A stretch of 64,000 nucleotides of DNA from a bacterium (GTDB lineage: Bacteria; UBA8248), in assembly GCA_965200245.1 (NCBI GenBank), contig CBDATS010000005.1, forward strand, positions 480,001 to 544,000, read 5' to 3'. A model generated the notes under the pieces. That model made no database searches, was not told the origin of the DNA, and worked only from the letters and a program-made list of their open reading frames with translations. Below, one piece after another: positions 50,095-60,240 of the stretch (position 1 is its first letter; the number at the start of each line of letters is the position of its first letter). Position numbers and translations under genes: made by a program.

Positions 50095-51300
50095 ATGTCT
50101 TTGAAACACGTTCGCCGCCGTGACAACCAGCAATGGATTCTGGATTACATCGCCAAGACGGCCGGAATGGTCCAGAACTTTGAAGACGACAGGTTCGAGC
50201 TTCCCAAAGGTGTCAAGAACTACAAGATGATCAGCAAGCTCCAGGGCGAGGATGCGCAGCACAAGGAAGAAATCGCCCGTGCAGCCGAAGAGGACGGCTT
50301 GAGGGAGACGGCGCTCGAACTCTACATCCAGGCGTCGGAATCATATCGCAAGGGACAACACGTCATTTTTCAGGACGATCACCCGCAGAAGCTCAAACTG
50401 CACGCCGGGCTGATCCGCTGCTACGACCGCGCAATGGTTCTGGCCGACTATCCGATGGAACGCATCGAGGTTCCTTTCGGGGATCAGGAAATTCAAATCA
50501 TCCTCCATCTTCTGCCGGACAGAAGAAAAGCCCCTTGCATCATCTACATTCCGGGCATGGACCAGACGAAAGAATTCTATCCCTACATCCTGCAGAACGA
50601 CATGATCAGGCGCGGCATGCACGCGTGTGCCATGGACGGTCCCGGGCAAGGTATCTCCAACATGCGCAAGATCCGGGTCACCGAGAACAACTATGAGCGC
50701 GCTGTTTCTGCGGTGGTCGATTACCTGGTGACGCGCAAAGAAATCGACGCGGATAAAATCGGCGTCTTCGGCATCAGTATGGGTTCATACTGGGCACCGC
50801 TCGCCGCAGCGACAGACAACAGGATCAAGGCCTGCGCGGGAGGAAGCGCTACCTTCTCGGACAAGCATGTGATCTTCGGCGAAGCCTCGCCGCGTTTCAA
50901 GCAAATCTTCATGTACATGGCCGGATATACAGACGAAGACGCCTTCGACGAGATGGCTTCGAGGATGACGCTGAAAGGCTGCGGCCGGAATATCTCCTGC
51001 CCGACGCTGCTGGCCACCGGGGAGTTCGACCCGCTGAGTCACCTTGAAGATGCTTTTCGCTTTTTCGGGGAGATATCGGCCCCCAGGGAGTTATGGGTGC
51101 TGGAAAACGAGTTCCACAGGGTATGGGGTATGCAGGGGCTCGGCAACCTCGACCTGAACCCCTGGGCCGTGGATTGGCTGAAAAAAGCGCTGCACGGGGA
51201 AATCCCCGACAATCACGACAAGACCGTCTACATCAGGCAAAAATCGGGCCGCGGCGCCTTGAGCGGCCCTGTTCCCGAGGATCATCCGAGGCGCTGGTAA
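50095..51300 (+). CDS. alpha/beta hydrolase (DHPON hydrolase-like)
   Basis: ERIEVPF, PGMD.TKE, DGPGQG, GISMGSYW, GEFDPL. Confidence 0.8.
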   Translation: MSLKHVRRRDNQQWILDYIAKTAGMVQNFEDDRFELPKGVKNYKMISKLQGEDAQHKEEIARAAEEDGLRETALELYIQASESYRKGQHVIFQDDHPQKLKLHAGLIRCYDRAMVLADYPMERIEVPFGDQEIQIILHLLPDRRKAPCIIYIPGMDQTKEFYPYILQNDMIRRGMHACAMDGPGQGISNMRKIRVTENNYERAVSAVVDYLVTRKEIDADKIGVFGISMGSYWAPLAAATDNRIKACAGGSATFSDKHVIFGEASPRFKQIFMYMAGYTDEDAFDEMASRMTLKGCGRNISCPTLLATGEFDPLSHLEDAFRFFGEISAPRELWVLENEFHRVWGMQGLGNLDLNPWAVDWLKKALHGEIPDNHDKTVYIRQKSGRGALSGPVPEDHPRRW

Positions 51301-51316
51301 CCAGGTTTGAAGGGGT

Positions 51317-51576
51317 TCAGGAAACCGCTGGAAACTGTTTCACGGCAGCGCCGGGCAGTTGCGAGAGCGAGAGTGTCACTTCCACGACGGCTTCCACATG
51401 TTCGGTCCATCGAGTTCCGCTCATCCGGAAAGCGGGGGCAGTTGTGCTGATGGCGCCCGCCACCTGCCCCATGGCACCGGAAATCGGAGCGGCGAAGCCG
51501 CATACGTCCTCTCGGAACTCCCCTTGTTAAGCGCGTAGTCGAACATTTGTATCGCTTTCATGAGCGAACGATTCAT
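51317..51576 (-). pseudogene. IclR-family regulator remnant (large internal deletion plus frameshift)
   Basis: GGAG RBS and MNRSLMKAIQMFDY (IclR first helix) fused directly to YALNKG/EFREDVCGFAAPISGAMGQVAGAISTTAPAFRM (IclR C-terminal signature). Absent from the ORF track. Confidence 0.75.
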
Positions 51577-51817
51577 GTCTCCACACCTGCGTCATTCGCC
51601 AGTTCAAATCCTTGCGTCTGCTCGTTCACAACATCCCATGTGTGCGATTCGATATCCGTTGACTTCCGGCAGCAAATCCATCATTTTCGTCCTGACCATC
51701 TTATGCAATCAGCGTCATTATCCAGAGTTGTGGCGCTGGGGAATTCCCCGAAAGCGGGGCCCCTCCAATTCAGCGCCGGCAGCAAATCCGGTGCGCATTC
51801 GACATGCAGGAGCAGAC

Positions 51818-52909
51818 TTGGCCGTTCAGTTTCATTGGGCTTTGTGTTCATTCAACGCGGGAGATGGCCATCAAATCAGCCCCGCCGTGCCCGAACGTCC
51901 CGCCACACTGGATTATCTGGCGCAGGTCACGATGGCGGCCGAAGACGCCGGGTGCGTCAACATTCTGGTACCGACCGGCACGCACTGTCTCGATGCCTGG
52001 CAGACAGCCTCCGCACTGGCGACACGAACGAGGAAAATCAGGTTTCTGGTCGCCTTCCGCCCCGGTCTGGTGGGCCCGGTCTATGCCACCCAGCAGGCGA
52101 ACACGCTGGATTACTTCACAAAAGGCCGCCTGTCGCTGAACGTCGTTTCGGGAGCGAACTCCACAGACTTGAGGCGCTACGGCTACCACGCGCCTCATGA
52201 TGAAAGATACGAGGTAACCGAGGAGTTTCTGGAAGTCGTGCACCACCTCTGGCGGGAAGATGGCCCCGTGGATTACAAGGGGCGCTTTTTTCACTTGGAA
52301 GACGCCCACGTCTGGCCGAAACGTTACTCAAAACCACATCCCACCATCTTCCTGGCGGGCAGTTCTCCCGGTGGAAAGCGAGTTGCCGCGCGTTATGGAG
52401 ACGTTCACGTCTACTTCGCCTACGAGCCCGAAACCGTGGCGAAAGAAATCGAGGAAGTCAAAAGGATGGAAGACCATTTTGAGCGCGAAGCTCCCCTCGA
52501 ATTCGGTGTGCGTCACTGCGTCTGCATACGGGAGACAAAGCGGGATGCGAGACGCGCCGTGGAGGGCTGGCTGAGCGGCAGCGACATCGCCAACACCCCC
52601 ACTTGGGCAGATTCGGTTCACCTGAGTGAATCCACCAGCCAGTCACGCATCAACGAGATGGCGTCGCGGGAATCCCTTTGGCTCACCGACACCATATGGA
52701 TGGGCGTGAACAAGGTGCGCGCAGGTGGGGCCACCACGTTCGTGGGTACGCCGGAGATGGTGGCGAACCAGTTCCGCCAGTACATCGATGCCGGCGTGAC
52801 GCATTTCATCATGCACGGCTGGCCTTATCTGGAGGAGGCGGAAATTTTCGGTCGCGAGGTCTTGCCCCTGCTCGAGGATGTGGCGCCGATGATTCTGCCC
52901 GATCCCTGA
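51818..52909 (+). CDS. SsuD-like FMNH2-dependent monooxygenase (LLM family)
   Basis: AGGAG RBS then TTG 51818; GDG, LDYLAQV..AAE, LVPTG..CLDAW, FLVAFRPG, GRL.LNVV.G, HDERY..T.EFL, AGSS. Confidence 0.85.
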   Translation: MAVQFHWALCSFNAGDGHQISPAVPERPATLDYLAQVTMAAEDAGCVNILVPTGTHCLDAWQTASALATRTRKIRFLVAFRPGLVGPVYATQQANTLDYFTKGRLSLNVVSGANSTDLRRYGYHAPHDERYEVTEEFLEVVHHLWREDGPVDYKGRFFHLEDAHVWPKRYSKPHPTIFLAGSSPGGKRVAARYGDVHVYFAYEPETVAKEIEEVKRMEDHFEREAPLEFGVRHCVCIRETKRDARRAVEGWLSGSDIANTPTWADSVHLSESTSQSRINEMASRESLWLTDTIWMGVNKVRAGGATTFVGTPEMVANQFRQYIDAGVTHFIMHGWPYLEEAEIFGREVLPLLEDVAPMILPDP

Positions 52910-53358
52910 AAGATTACAGGAACATGAGGCGGCTTTTCCGGTGGGACTCCCTGAAGTCAGGATTGATGCGAGGTTCCCGTTTTCATCGACACCCCGTCGG
53001 CGATGATAATCCATACGAGCAGGTTGTCATGCAGGCTGTCCCGTGAACGGCATTTCGGAGCCCCCCACCGGGATCCGGCAGGATATAACGCCACTTCTAC
53101 CCGGAAGAAATCCGCTCGAAGATGTCATTCCTGTTCATTTGTGTTCATCGGTGGAATCGCTGCGCGCTGTAACGATTCGCTTGCATTTTTCAGTCCTGCA
53201 TGACACCCTTTCCGGTTCATGAATCATTGTTCCACCGATAGTCGAGACAGCGCATTCTCCGCCGCCTCATGGATTTCCGGGAGACAGGACTCTGCGAGTT
53301 ATTGGCGCAAACAAAGAAAACCGAATCCGGAATGTCACCTATTCGAGAGGAAACCGCC

Positions 53359-54516
53359 ATGAACCTGCCCTTTGATGACCAGAAACTCAGCACCTTGATG
53401 GAAGACCAGGGAGCGGATGTCGTTCTCGCCACTTCGAAGGAAAACGTTCGCTACCTGCTCGGCGGCTATCAATTCTTCTTCTTCGCCCACAAGGACGCCA
53501 TCGGCGTAAGCCGATACCAGCCGATGGTGGGTCTCCCGAAGGGCGCGCCCGACAAGGCGTTCTATATCGGTAACATCATGGAAGGCTGGCAGCAGGAAGT
53601 CGAACCCGTGTGGGTGCCCGAGAAGAAAAACAATCAGTGGCACAGCGATCAGGCCGGCAAGGACGCGGCCGAATTCATCCGCAGGCTCGGTCACGAGAAA
53701 GGCACCGTGGCGGTGGAGAAATGTTTCCTGCCGGCGGACTCTTACGAGGCGCTTCAGGAAGAATTGCCCGACGCCAGGTTCATCGACGCCGTCTACCTGC
53801 TCGAGGAACTCCGGGCCGTGAAGCAGCCCCACGAACTCACATTACTGAAAGAGGCTTCGGAAACCATTGTGGAGTGCATGCTGGACGTCATGAAGGGCAC
53901 ATCTCCGGGTACCACAATGTACGAGGTCGCAGACGAGATGAAGAAACTTGAGACCCAAAGGGGGCTCGATTTCGAGTACTGCCTTACCTGCACGGGACCA
54001 AGCTTCAACCGCGCTCCCTCGAACGCCACCTGGGATGAGGGGAACATTCTCTCGCTCGACTCGGGCGGGAACAAGCAGGGATACCTGGGCGATCTTTGCC
54101 GCATGGCCGTCATGGGCGAACCTACGCCGCTCATGGAGGATCTGCTCGGCGAGATACAGGCCGTGCAGGCGGCCGCGCGCGCGGTCGTGCGTCCGGGAGT
54201 CACGGGACAGGAAATCTATGAGGCTGCCCTGAAGGAGCAGGCCAGATGCGAACATGACGATCAGATGGTCTTTCTGGCGCACGGCATGGGCATCATCCAG
54301 CATGAAGCGCCGCACCTCACCTCCTCGGGTGTCGTGCCCTACCCCGCCACCTATGAGACCAGGGGTCTCGAACCCGGAATGGTGGTTTCCATTGAAACCG
54401 ACATGAAAAACCCCGAAGTCGGTTTCGTGAAACTCGAGGACACAGTGGTCGTTACCGAAGACGGCTTTGAAGCCTACGGCGACAGTGGACGAGGCTGGAA
54501 CATCGGCAGCGCGTAG
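53359..54516 (+). CDS. M24 (Xaa-Pro peptidase/creatinase fold) hydrolase
   Basis: ENVRYL.G, LRAVK, metal ligands in LDSGG...YLGD, AHGMG...HE.P, SIET, KLEDT. Confidence 0.87.
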   Translation: MNLPFDDQKLSTLMEDQGADVVLATSKENVRYLLGGYQFFFFAHKDAIGVSRYQPMVGLPKGAPDKAFYIGNIMEGWQQEVEPVWVPEKKNNQWHSDQAGKDAAEFIRRLGHEKGTVAVEKCFLPADSYEALQEELPDARFIDAVYLLEELRAVKQPHELTLLKEASETIVECMLDVMKGTSPGTTMYEVADEMKKLETQRGLDFEYCLTCTGPSFNRAPSNATWDEGNILSLDSGGNKQGYLGDLCRMAVMGEPTPLMEDLLGEIQAVQAAARAVVRPGVTGQEIYEAALKEQARCEHDDQMVFLAHGMGIIQHEAPHLTSSGVVPYPATYETRGLEPGMVVSIETDMKNPEVGFVKLEDTVVVTEDGFEAYGDSGRGWNIGSA

Positions 54517-54548
54517 GTCCCATTTCGCAAACGGCAAGGAACCGGCAG

Positions 54549-55724
54549 GTGGATTTTCGAATCAACCCTGAAAATGAAGATTTGCTCGACCGCGCGAAAA
54601 TCTACGCGAAGGAAATCCTGGCCCCGAGAGCCGGGCAAGTAGACGAGGAGGGAATTTTCCCCCGCGAGAATTTCAACGATCTGGCAAGGGAAGGTTTCAC
54701 CTCGCTTACGATCCCGAAAGAACTCGGCGGCAGGGACCTTTATGAAGACACGGCCACCTATTCGATGATCCTCTACGAACTCTCCAAGGGCTGCACGAAC
54801 ACGGCTATGCTCTTCCACATGCACAGTTCCATATCGCATGTCATCACGTACCTGGGAACCGGGGAGCAAAAGCGCAGGTACGGCGAAATCATACGAAGCG
54901 GAAAAATCATCGCGAGTTACGCGAGCGAGAACACCTCGAGCCTCCACGGCGTCTGGCGCATGGAAACGAAGGCGATCCGGGACGGCGACGTCTACAGGAT
55001 CAACGGCAGGAAATATTTCTGTTCCATGGCCGGCGAGGCGGATTACTGCGTACTCTGGGTACAACTTGAGGAGGAGGAAGACCTCACGAAAAGCCTGGGC
55101 CTTCTCATCGCGCCCTCGGACAACCCCGGCTTCAGGATTGACCAGTTGTGGAATTCCTTCGCCATGCGCGGAACGGTGAGCCACTCGATGATATATGACG
55201 ACGTGAAGATACCGGTGGAGGATCTCGTGGGCCGGGGCGGAGACCCGATACGCCCAGATGTGCTGCCCAAGTTCGGTTTCGGCTATTCCGCTGTCTACCT
55301 CGGAGCCGGTGGGGGTGCCTTTGACTGGGTCGTCAACTACGCGCAAAACCGGAAGCTTATGCCCGACAACGTGCCCATTGCCTCATATCCCGCCATACAG
55401 CGCCAGATCGGGGAGATGAAAATTTCGCTTGAGGGCGCGATCCTCATGCTCCAGAGAGCCGGCTGGATGATCAACGCCTACGGTGCGGACAAGGCCTACA
55501 GTGCCATCAACGAGGCGAAATACGTTTGTGCGGAAGCTGCTGCCTTCATCACGGAAAAAGCGCTCAAGGTGGCCGGCGGACCGGGGCTTTTCCGGCATAA
55601 TCCGCTCCAGCGTTTTCACCGCGAGGCGAGAGCGGGCCTCATCATGCCACCCAACACGGAAAAGTGCCTGGAACTCACGGCCAAAACCGTGCTGGAGGGC
55701 AGCGCAAACGTCCTGGGATCATGA
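54549..55724 (+). CDS. acyl-CoA dehydrogenase-fold flavoprotein (paralogue A)
   Basis: IPKELGG, INGRKYFCS, W...AMRGT.SH, AVYLG, GG.G.....PLQRFHREARAG. Confidence 0.87.
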   Translation: MDFRINPENEDLLDRAKIYAKEILAPRAGQVDEEGIFPRENFNDLAREGFTSLTIPKELGGRDLYEDTATYSMILYELSKGCTNTAMLFHMHSSISHVITYLGTGEQKRRYGEIIRSGKIIASYASENTSSLHGVWRMETKAIRDGDVYRINGRKYFCSMAGEADYCVLWVQLEEEEDLTKSLGLLIAPSDNPGFRIDQLWNSFAMRGTVSHSMIYDDVKIPVEDLVGRGGDPIRPDVLPKFGFGYSAVYLGAGGGAFDWVVNYAQNRKLMPDNVPIASYPAIQRQIGEMKISLEGAILMLQRAGWMINAYGADKAYSAINEAKYVCAEAAAFITEKALKVAGGPGLFRHNPLQRFHREARAGLIMPPNTEKCLELTAKTVLEGSANVLGS

Positions 55725-55743
55725 TAGTGGAGGAACATCGCCA

Positions 55744-57315
55744 ATGAGTGAAAGCCTGAGACTTCCTCCCTATTTCCGTCCCCCGCTCGAATATCCTGGC
55801 TACGCTTTCCACGGCTTGCTCAAGACCGCGTGTGCGCGCCGCCCCGACGCCGTCGCCTTGGTCGACGGGGACATTCACATGACCTTCCGCGAGCTCGACG
55901 CACTCTCGAACGCCTGCGCCCGCGCGATGCTCGCAGAAGGTATCGAGACAGGGGACCGCATCGGCCTGTTTCTCCCCAATTCGGCTGAATTCGAAATCGC
56001 CGCTTTCGGTGCATCGAAGATTGGCGCCGTCTTCACGCCCATGAACCCCGCCTATAAAGAAGCCGAGGCCGCGTATCAGCTCAATGATTCGGGTGCCAGG
56101 ATACTGATTACCACGGCCGGAGGCGCCGCCTTGCTTCAAGGAGTGCGGCGAGACCTCAAGACGCTCGAAACCGTCGTCGTCACGGATGAGGAAGGAGACG
56201 ACACCTGTTTCGGGGAATGGGTAGGCGCGCACTCGCCGGAAAATCTGCCCGAGCCTGAAATCGACACTGCAGAGGATATAATCGCCCTGCCCTATTCGAG
56301 CGGCACGACAGGTCTGCCCAAGGGCGTTATGCTTACCCACAGGAATCTGGTGTCGAACTACCATCAGTGCGTGGCGAACCATCAAATCACGGACCGGGAC
56401 TCGGGTCTCCTGTTTTTGCCGCTTTACCACATCTACGGCGCGCTGATTATGGGTTCGCTGATTCTTGCAGGTGCCACCCATGTGCTAATGAAGCGTTTCA
56501 CCGTGCCCGATGCCCTGCGTCTCGTGGAAGAACACAGGCTCACGCTCTTCTACGGCGTGCCACCCGCGCTCCTGGCCATCGCCCACCATGAGAACCTGGG
56601 CGATTACGACCTCTCCTCCCTCAGGTACATCATGAGCGGGGCCGCACCCCTGCCGGCCGAGGTGAGGCGTGTCGTGCAGGAGAAGACAGGTGTGCTCACC
56701 TTCATGGGCTACGGTCTCACAGAAGCCTCGCCGCTCACGCACATGAACCCGCCCGTGGAGGCTCTCATTCAGGAAGAATCCGTGGGGCCTCCTGTCTCTG
56801 ATCAGCAGCAGAAAATCGTCGATGTCGAGACGGGAACAAGGGAGTTACCCGTGGGCGAGGCCGGCGAGCTGGTAATCAAGGGACCCCAGGTCATGAAAGG
56901 CTACTGGAACGCGCCTGAAGCTACGGCCGAGACCCTGCGCGACGGCTGGCTCCACACGGGCGATATCGGGCGGGTGGACGAGGAGGGCTACGTCTACCTG
57001 ATGGACAGGAAAAAGGAGATGATCAAGTACAAGGGCTTCGCCGTCGCGCCCGCCGAACTCGAAGCATGTCTGCACCAACACCCCGACGTGGCGGACGCGG
57101 CCGTCGTCCCCCGGGAAGACGCTGAGGCGGGCGAGATTCCCGTGGCCTTTGTAGTGCCCAGGGAAGGTGTCCGGATCGACAAGGATGCCCTGATGGAATT
57201 CGTGAACGGAAAAATCGCGGGCTACAAGCACATTCGCGCCATTGCCTTCATCGACGCCATCCCGAAGTCGGGCAGCGGAAAGATACTGCGCCGTTTACTG
57301 AAAGAAAAAACATAA
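55744..57315 (+). CDS. AMP-forming acyl-CoA ligase (4-coumarate/long-chain type)
   Basis: YSSGTTGLPKGV, GYGLTE, GPQVMKGYW, GWLHTGD, DRKKEMIKYKG, PKSGSGKILR. Confidence 0.94.
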   Translation: MSESLRLPPYFRPPLEYPGYAFHGLLKTACARRPDAVALVDGDIHMTFRELDALSNACARAMLAEGIETGDRIGLFLPNSAEFEIAAFGASKIGAVFTPMNPAYKEAEAAYQLNDSGARILITTAGGAALLQGVRRDLKTLETVVVTDEEGDDTCFGEWVGAHSPENLPEPEIDTAEDIIALPYSSGTTGLPKGVMLTHRNLVSNYHQCVANHQITDRDSGLLFLPLYHIYGALIMGSLILAGATHVLMKRFTVPDALRLVEEHRLTLFYGVPPALLAIAHHENLGDYDLSSLRYIMSGAAPLPAEVRRVVQEKTGVLTFMGYGLTEASPLTHMNPPVEALIQEESVGPPVSDQQQKIVDVETGTRELPVGEAGELVIKGPQVMKGYWNAPEATAETLRDGWLHTGDIGRVDEEGYVYLMDRKKEMIKYKGFAVAPAELEACLHQHPDVADAAVVPREDAEAGEIPVAFVVPREGVRIDKDALMEFVNGKIAGYKHIRAIAFIDAIPKSGSGKILRRLLKEKT

Positions 57316-57352
57316 AATCCGTTTTCATTTTCGAACTTTTTGACGAGGATTC

Positions 57353-58528
57353 ATGGACCTGCGCACCAACCCGAAAAACGAGGCCCTGATCGACAGGGCC
57401 AGGGATCTCGCCCGAAACGTGCTGGCCCCCCTGGCTGACCAATACGACCGGGAACAGCGCTTTCCGAGAAAGAGTTTCGACGCCTTGATTCGCGAGGGCT
57501 TCACGCGCCTCACGTTGCCCGTTTCCTATGGCGGGCTGGCGCTGTGGAGGGACCCGGTTTGCTACACCATGGTGTTCCACGAACTGGGCAAGGGCTGCGC
57601 AAACACCGCCATGACCCTCCACATGCACTGCACAATTCTATATTTTCTGCTCACGCTCTCGGATGAGGAGCAAAAAGACCGCTTCGCCGGTGCAGCTGCA
57701 AACGGGGCCATCTTCGGCAGCCACGCAGGCGAGGCGTCCTCAAGCCCCCAGTGGAACCGAACCGTCTCCACGCGCGCGCGCAAGGAGGGCGATGAATACG
57801 TCATCAACGGCCGCAAGTATTTCTGCTCCATGGCCGGGGAGGCGGACTATTACGTGCTCTGGTGCCTGCTTGAGGGTTTCGAGAAACTGCAGACTGGCCT
57901 GCGCTGGGCGGTGGTGGACAGGAACCTCCCCGGCATCACAATCCCGGACCGCTGGGATTCTTTCGCCATGCGGGGCACGGCCAGCCACTCGCTCGACTAT
58001 GAGGACGTAAGGGTTCCCGAGCACAATTTCGTGGGCTCGGGCGAGGACATTCTCCAACCTGATTTCGTGCCCCGGTTCGGCCTGGGCTACGCCGCCGTCT
58101 ATCTGGGTTCGGGCGCCGCCGCGCTGGACTGGATCGTGGACTATTCACTCAAGCGCAAACTCCTCCCCGACAACGTGCCCATCGCGAGTTATCCGGCAAT
58201 TCAGCGCCAGATCGGGGAGATGCACATTGCACTTCAGACCGCGCTCATCATGATCCATAAAGCCGCCTGGGTGCTCGAAACCCGGGGTGCAGAACAGGCC
58301 ATTCCCTGCATCAACGAGGCGAAATACAGTGCTTCCGAAGCGGCGGCTTTCATGACGGAAAAGGCACTCAGGATCGCGGGCGGACCCGGCCTGCTGAATG
58401 ACAAGCCGCTCCAGCGGTTCCATCGCGACGCCAGGGCTGCGCTCGTGATGCCACCCAGTACGGAGAAGTGCCTGCAAATGGCGGCGAACTACGTTTTGAA
58501 TCAAAATGAGGCGAAAACCATCTTCTGA
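57353..58528 (+). CDS. acyl-CoA dehydrogenase-fold flavoprotein (paralogue B)
   Basis: Same motifs as 54549-55724, with long identical blocks (INGRKYFCSMAGEADY, PDNVPIASYPAIQRQIGEM). Confidence 0.87.
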   Translation: MDLRTNPKNEALIDRARDLARNVLAPLADQYDREQRFPRKSFDALIREGFTRLTLPVSYGGLALWRDPVCYTMVFHELGKGCANTAMTLHMHCTILYFLLTLSDEEQKDRFAGAAANGAIFGSHAGEASSSPQWNRTVSTRARKEGDEYVINGRKYFCSMAGEADYYVLWCLLEGFEKLQTGLRWAVVDRNLPGITIPDRWDSFAMRGTASHSLDYEDVRVPEHNFVGSGEDILQPDFVPRFGLGYAAVYLGSGAAALDWIVDYSLKRKLLPDNVPIASYPAIQRQIGEMHIALQTALIMIHKAAWVLETRGAEQAIPCINEAKYSASEAAAFMTEKALRIAGGPGLLNDKPLQRFHRDARAALVMPPSTEKCLQMAANYVLNQNEAKTIF

Positions 58529-58560
58529 CCAACCCTGAAACTTCTCGCGAGGGAGAGCTC

Positions 58561-60237
58561 ATGAAAAGCGGAAACGGCTCGGACCTGTTTCTGGAAACAC
58601 TCATCGACGAGGGTGTCGACTGTATGTTCGGCAACCCGGGCACAACCGAACTGCCTCTTATGGACGCGTTGGTGAACGAGAACAGGCTCGACTACATCCT
58701 CTGTCTTCAGGAGTCCGTCACCATCGGCGCGGCGGAGGGCTACGCCTACGCCACAGGAGGCGTGGGCGTGGTGAACCTCCACGTAGCACCCGGTCTCGGC
58801 AACGCCATGGGGATGCTCTACAACATCAAGCGGGCGGGCACCCCTCTCCTCGTCACGGCGGGCAACCAGGGCCAGCGCGGCCAACTCTCGGAACCCGTGC
58901 TATGGGACGATTTGCCGCGCATGGCGGACCCGCTTGCCAAGTGGTCCTACGAGGTGCGCCGTGTGGAGGACCTGGAGCAAAGCGTCCGCCGGGCGATCAA
59001 GCACGCGCTCTCGCCACCCACGGGTCCGGTATTCCTCTCGCTTCCGGGCGACGTTATGTTGGCGGAAACTTCAGGCCTCGCGGGTCGTCCCACACGGCTT
59101 TCGAGCACCTTTCCCGCGTCTGCAGAATCCATCGAACGGGCAGCACAGATGCTCGCAGAAGCCGGAAATCCCTATATCGTCACCGGCTCGCGTGTCACCC
59201 GCTCGGGTGCGGTGGGCGAAGTCGCCAGGCTTGCGGAACGCATCGGCGCGAAGGTGTTCTCCGACAACCGCCCGAACTCGCTTTCGTTCTCCTTGACCCA
59301 TCCGCAGTATGCGGGAGAACTCCTGAACACCATCGAGCCGCTGCTGGATCAGATTGAAGACGCGGATGTCGTGTTCTTCATTGGCACAGAGACCTACACC
59401 TTTTCCTTTCCGCCGGAAATTCCGCTGGCCCCCCGCGGTGCGCGAATCATTCATCTGGATCTGGACCCTTGGGAAATCGGCAAGAACTTCCCTGTCGATG
59501 TCGCCATGCTCGGAGACCCGAAGACGACGCTGCCCGAACTCACCGAAGCAGTGGAGAGAAAACTGGGTGAGGCGGGCATTAAAAGTGCAAACGAGCGCCG
59601 CACGTGGATCGAGAAGGAACTGGCGGCATCAAGAAACGAGATCGCCCCGGAAGCAGGGGAGGATGACGGACCCTTGACCAGGGAAACTTTCCAGGCCGCT
59701 TTCGGCGAGGCCCTGCCTCAAGGGACAGCGCTGGTCGATGAATCCCTTACCATGGGGCACGGGGGCGGTCTCAAGAGCGCGATCGCAGGGAAGGTAGATT
59801 CGATTTTCGGCATGAAGGGAGGAGGCATTGGCCTCGGCCTGCCAAGCGCCCTGGGCGTCAAGAAAGCCCTGCTCGATGTGCCCGTGGTCTGTCTCTCGGG
59901 AGACGGCTCCGCAATGTACGCCATCCAGGCACTGTGGAGTGCTGCGAAATACGATCTCGACGCCGTGTTCGTGATTTTGAACAACAAGAGCTACCGAATT
60001 CTCAAGGAAAGAGTCTTGCGGCTCGATGGCAAAACGCAGGAACACCGGAAATTCATCGCCATGGATTTCAAGGAGCCCGAACTCGACTTCATCCAGATGG
60101 CGCACTCCATGGGCGTGGATGCCACCCGGGCGAGGACGCCTGCAGAATTCAAAGAGGCGATGGGGCAAGCACTCGCAAGCGGAAAGCCGCATCTCATCGA
60201 CGCCCACATCGAATACGAACGCCTGGAGAACCAGTAA
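58561..60237 (+). CDS. ThDP-dependent enzyme, benzoylformate decarboxylase-like
   Basis: FGNPGTTELP, LQE, VNLH.APGLGNAMG, GG.G.GLP.ALG, GDGS.MY.IQALW...NN.SY.IL. Confidence 0.88.
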   Translation: MKSGNGSDLFLETLIDEGVDCMFGNPGTTELPLMDALVNENRLDYILCLQESVTIGAAEGYAYATGGVGVVNLHVAPGLGNAMGMLYNIKRAGTPLLVTAGNQGQRGQLSEPVLWDDLPRMADPLAKWSYEVRRVEDLEQSVRRAIKHALSPPTGPVFLSLPGDVMLAETSGLAGRPTRLSSTFPASAESIERAAQMLAEAGNPYIVTGSRVTRSGAVGEVARLAERIGAKVFSDNRPNSLSFSLTHPQYAGELLNTIEPLLDQIEDADVVFFIGTETYTFSFPPEIPLAPRGARIIHLDLDPWEIGKNFPVDVAMLGDPKTTLPELTEAVERKLGEAGIKSANERRTWIEKELAASRNEIAPEAGEDDGPLTRETFQAAFGEALPQGTALVDESLTMGHGGGLKSAIAGKVDSIFGMKGGGIGLGLPSALGVKKALLDVPVVCLSGDGSAMYAIQALWSAAKYDLDAVFVILNNKSYRILKERVLRLDGKTQEHRKFIAMDFKEPELDFIQMAHSMGVDATRARTPAEFKEAMGQALASGKPHLIDAHIEYERLENQ

Positions 60238-60240
60238 GGC

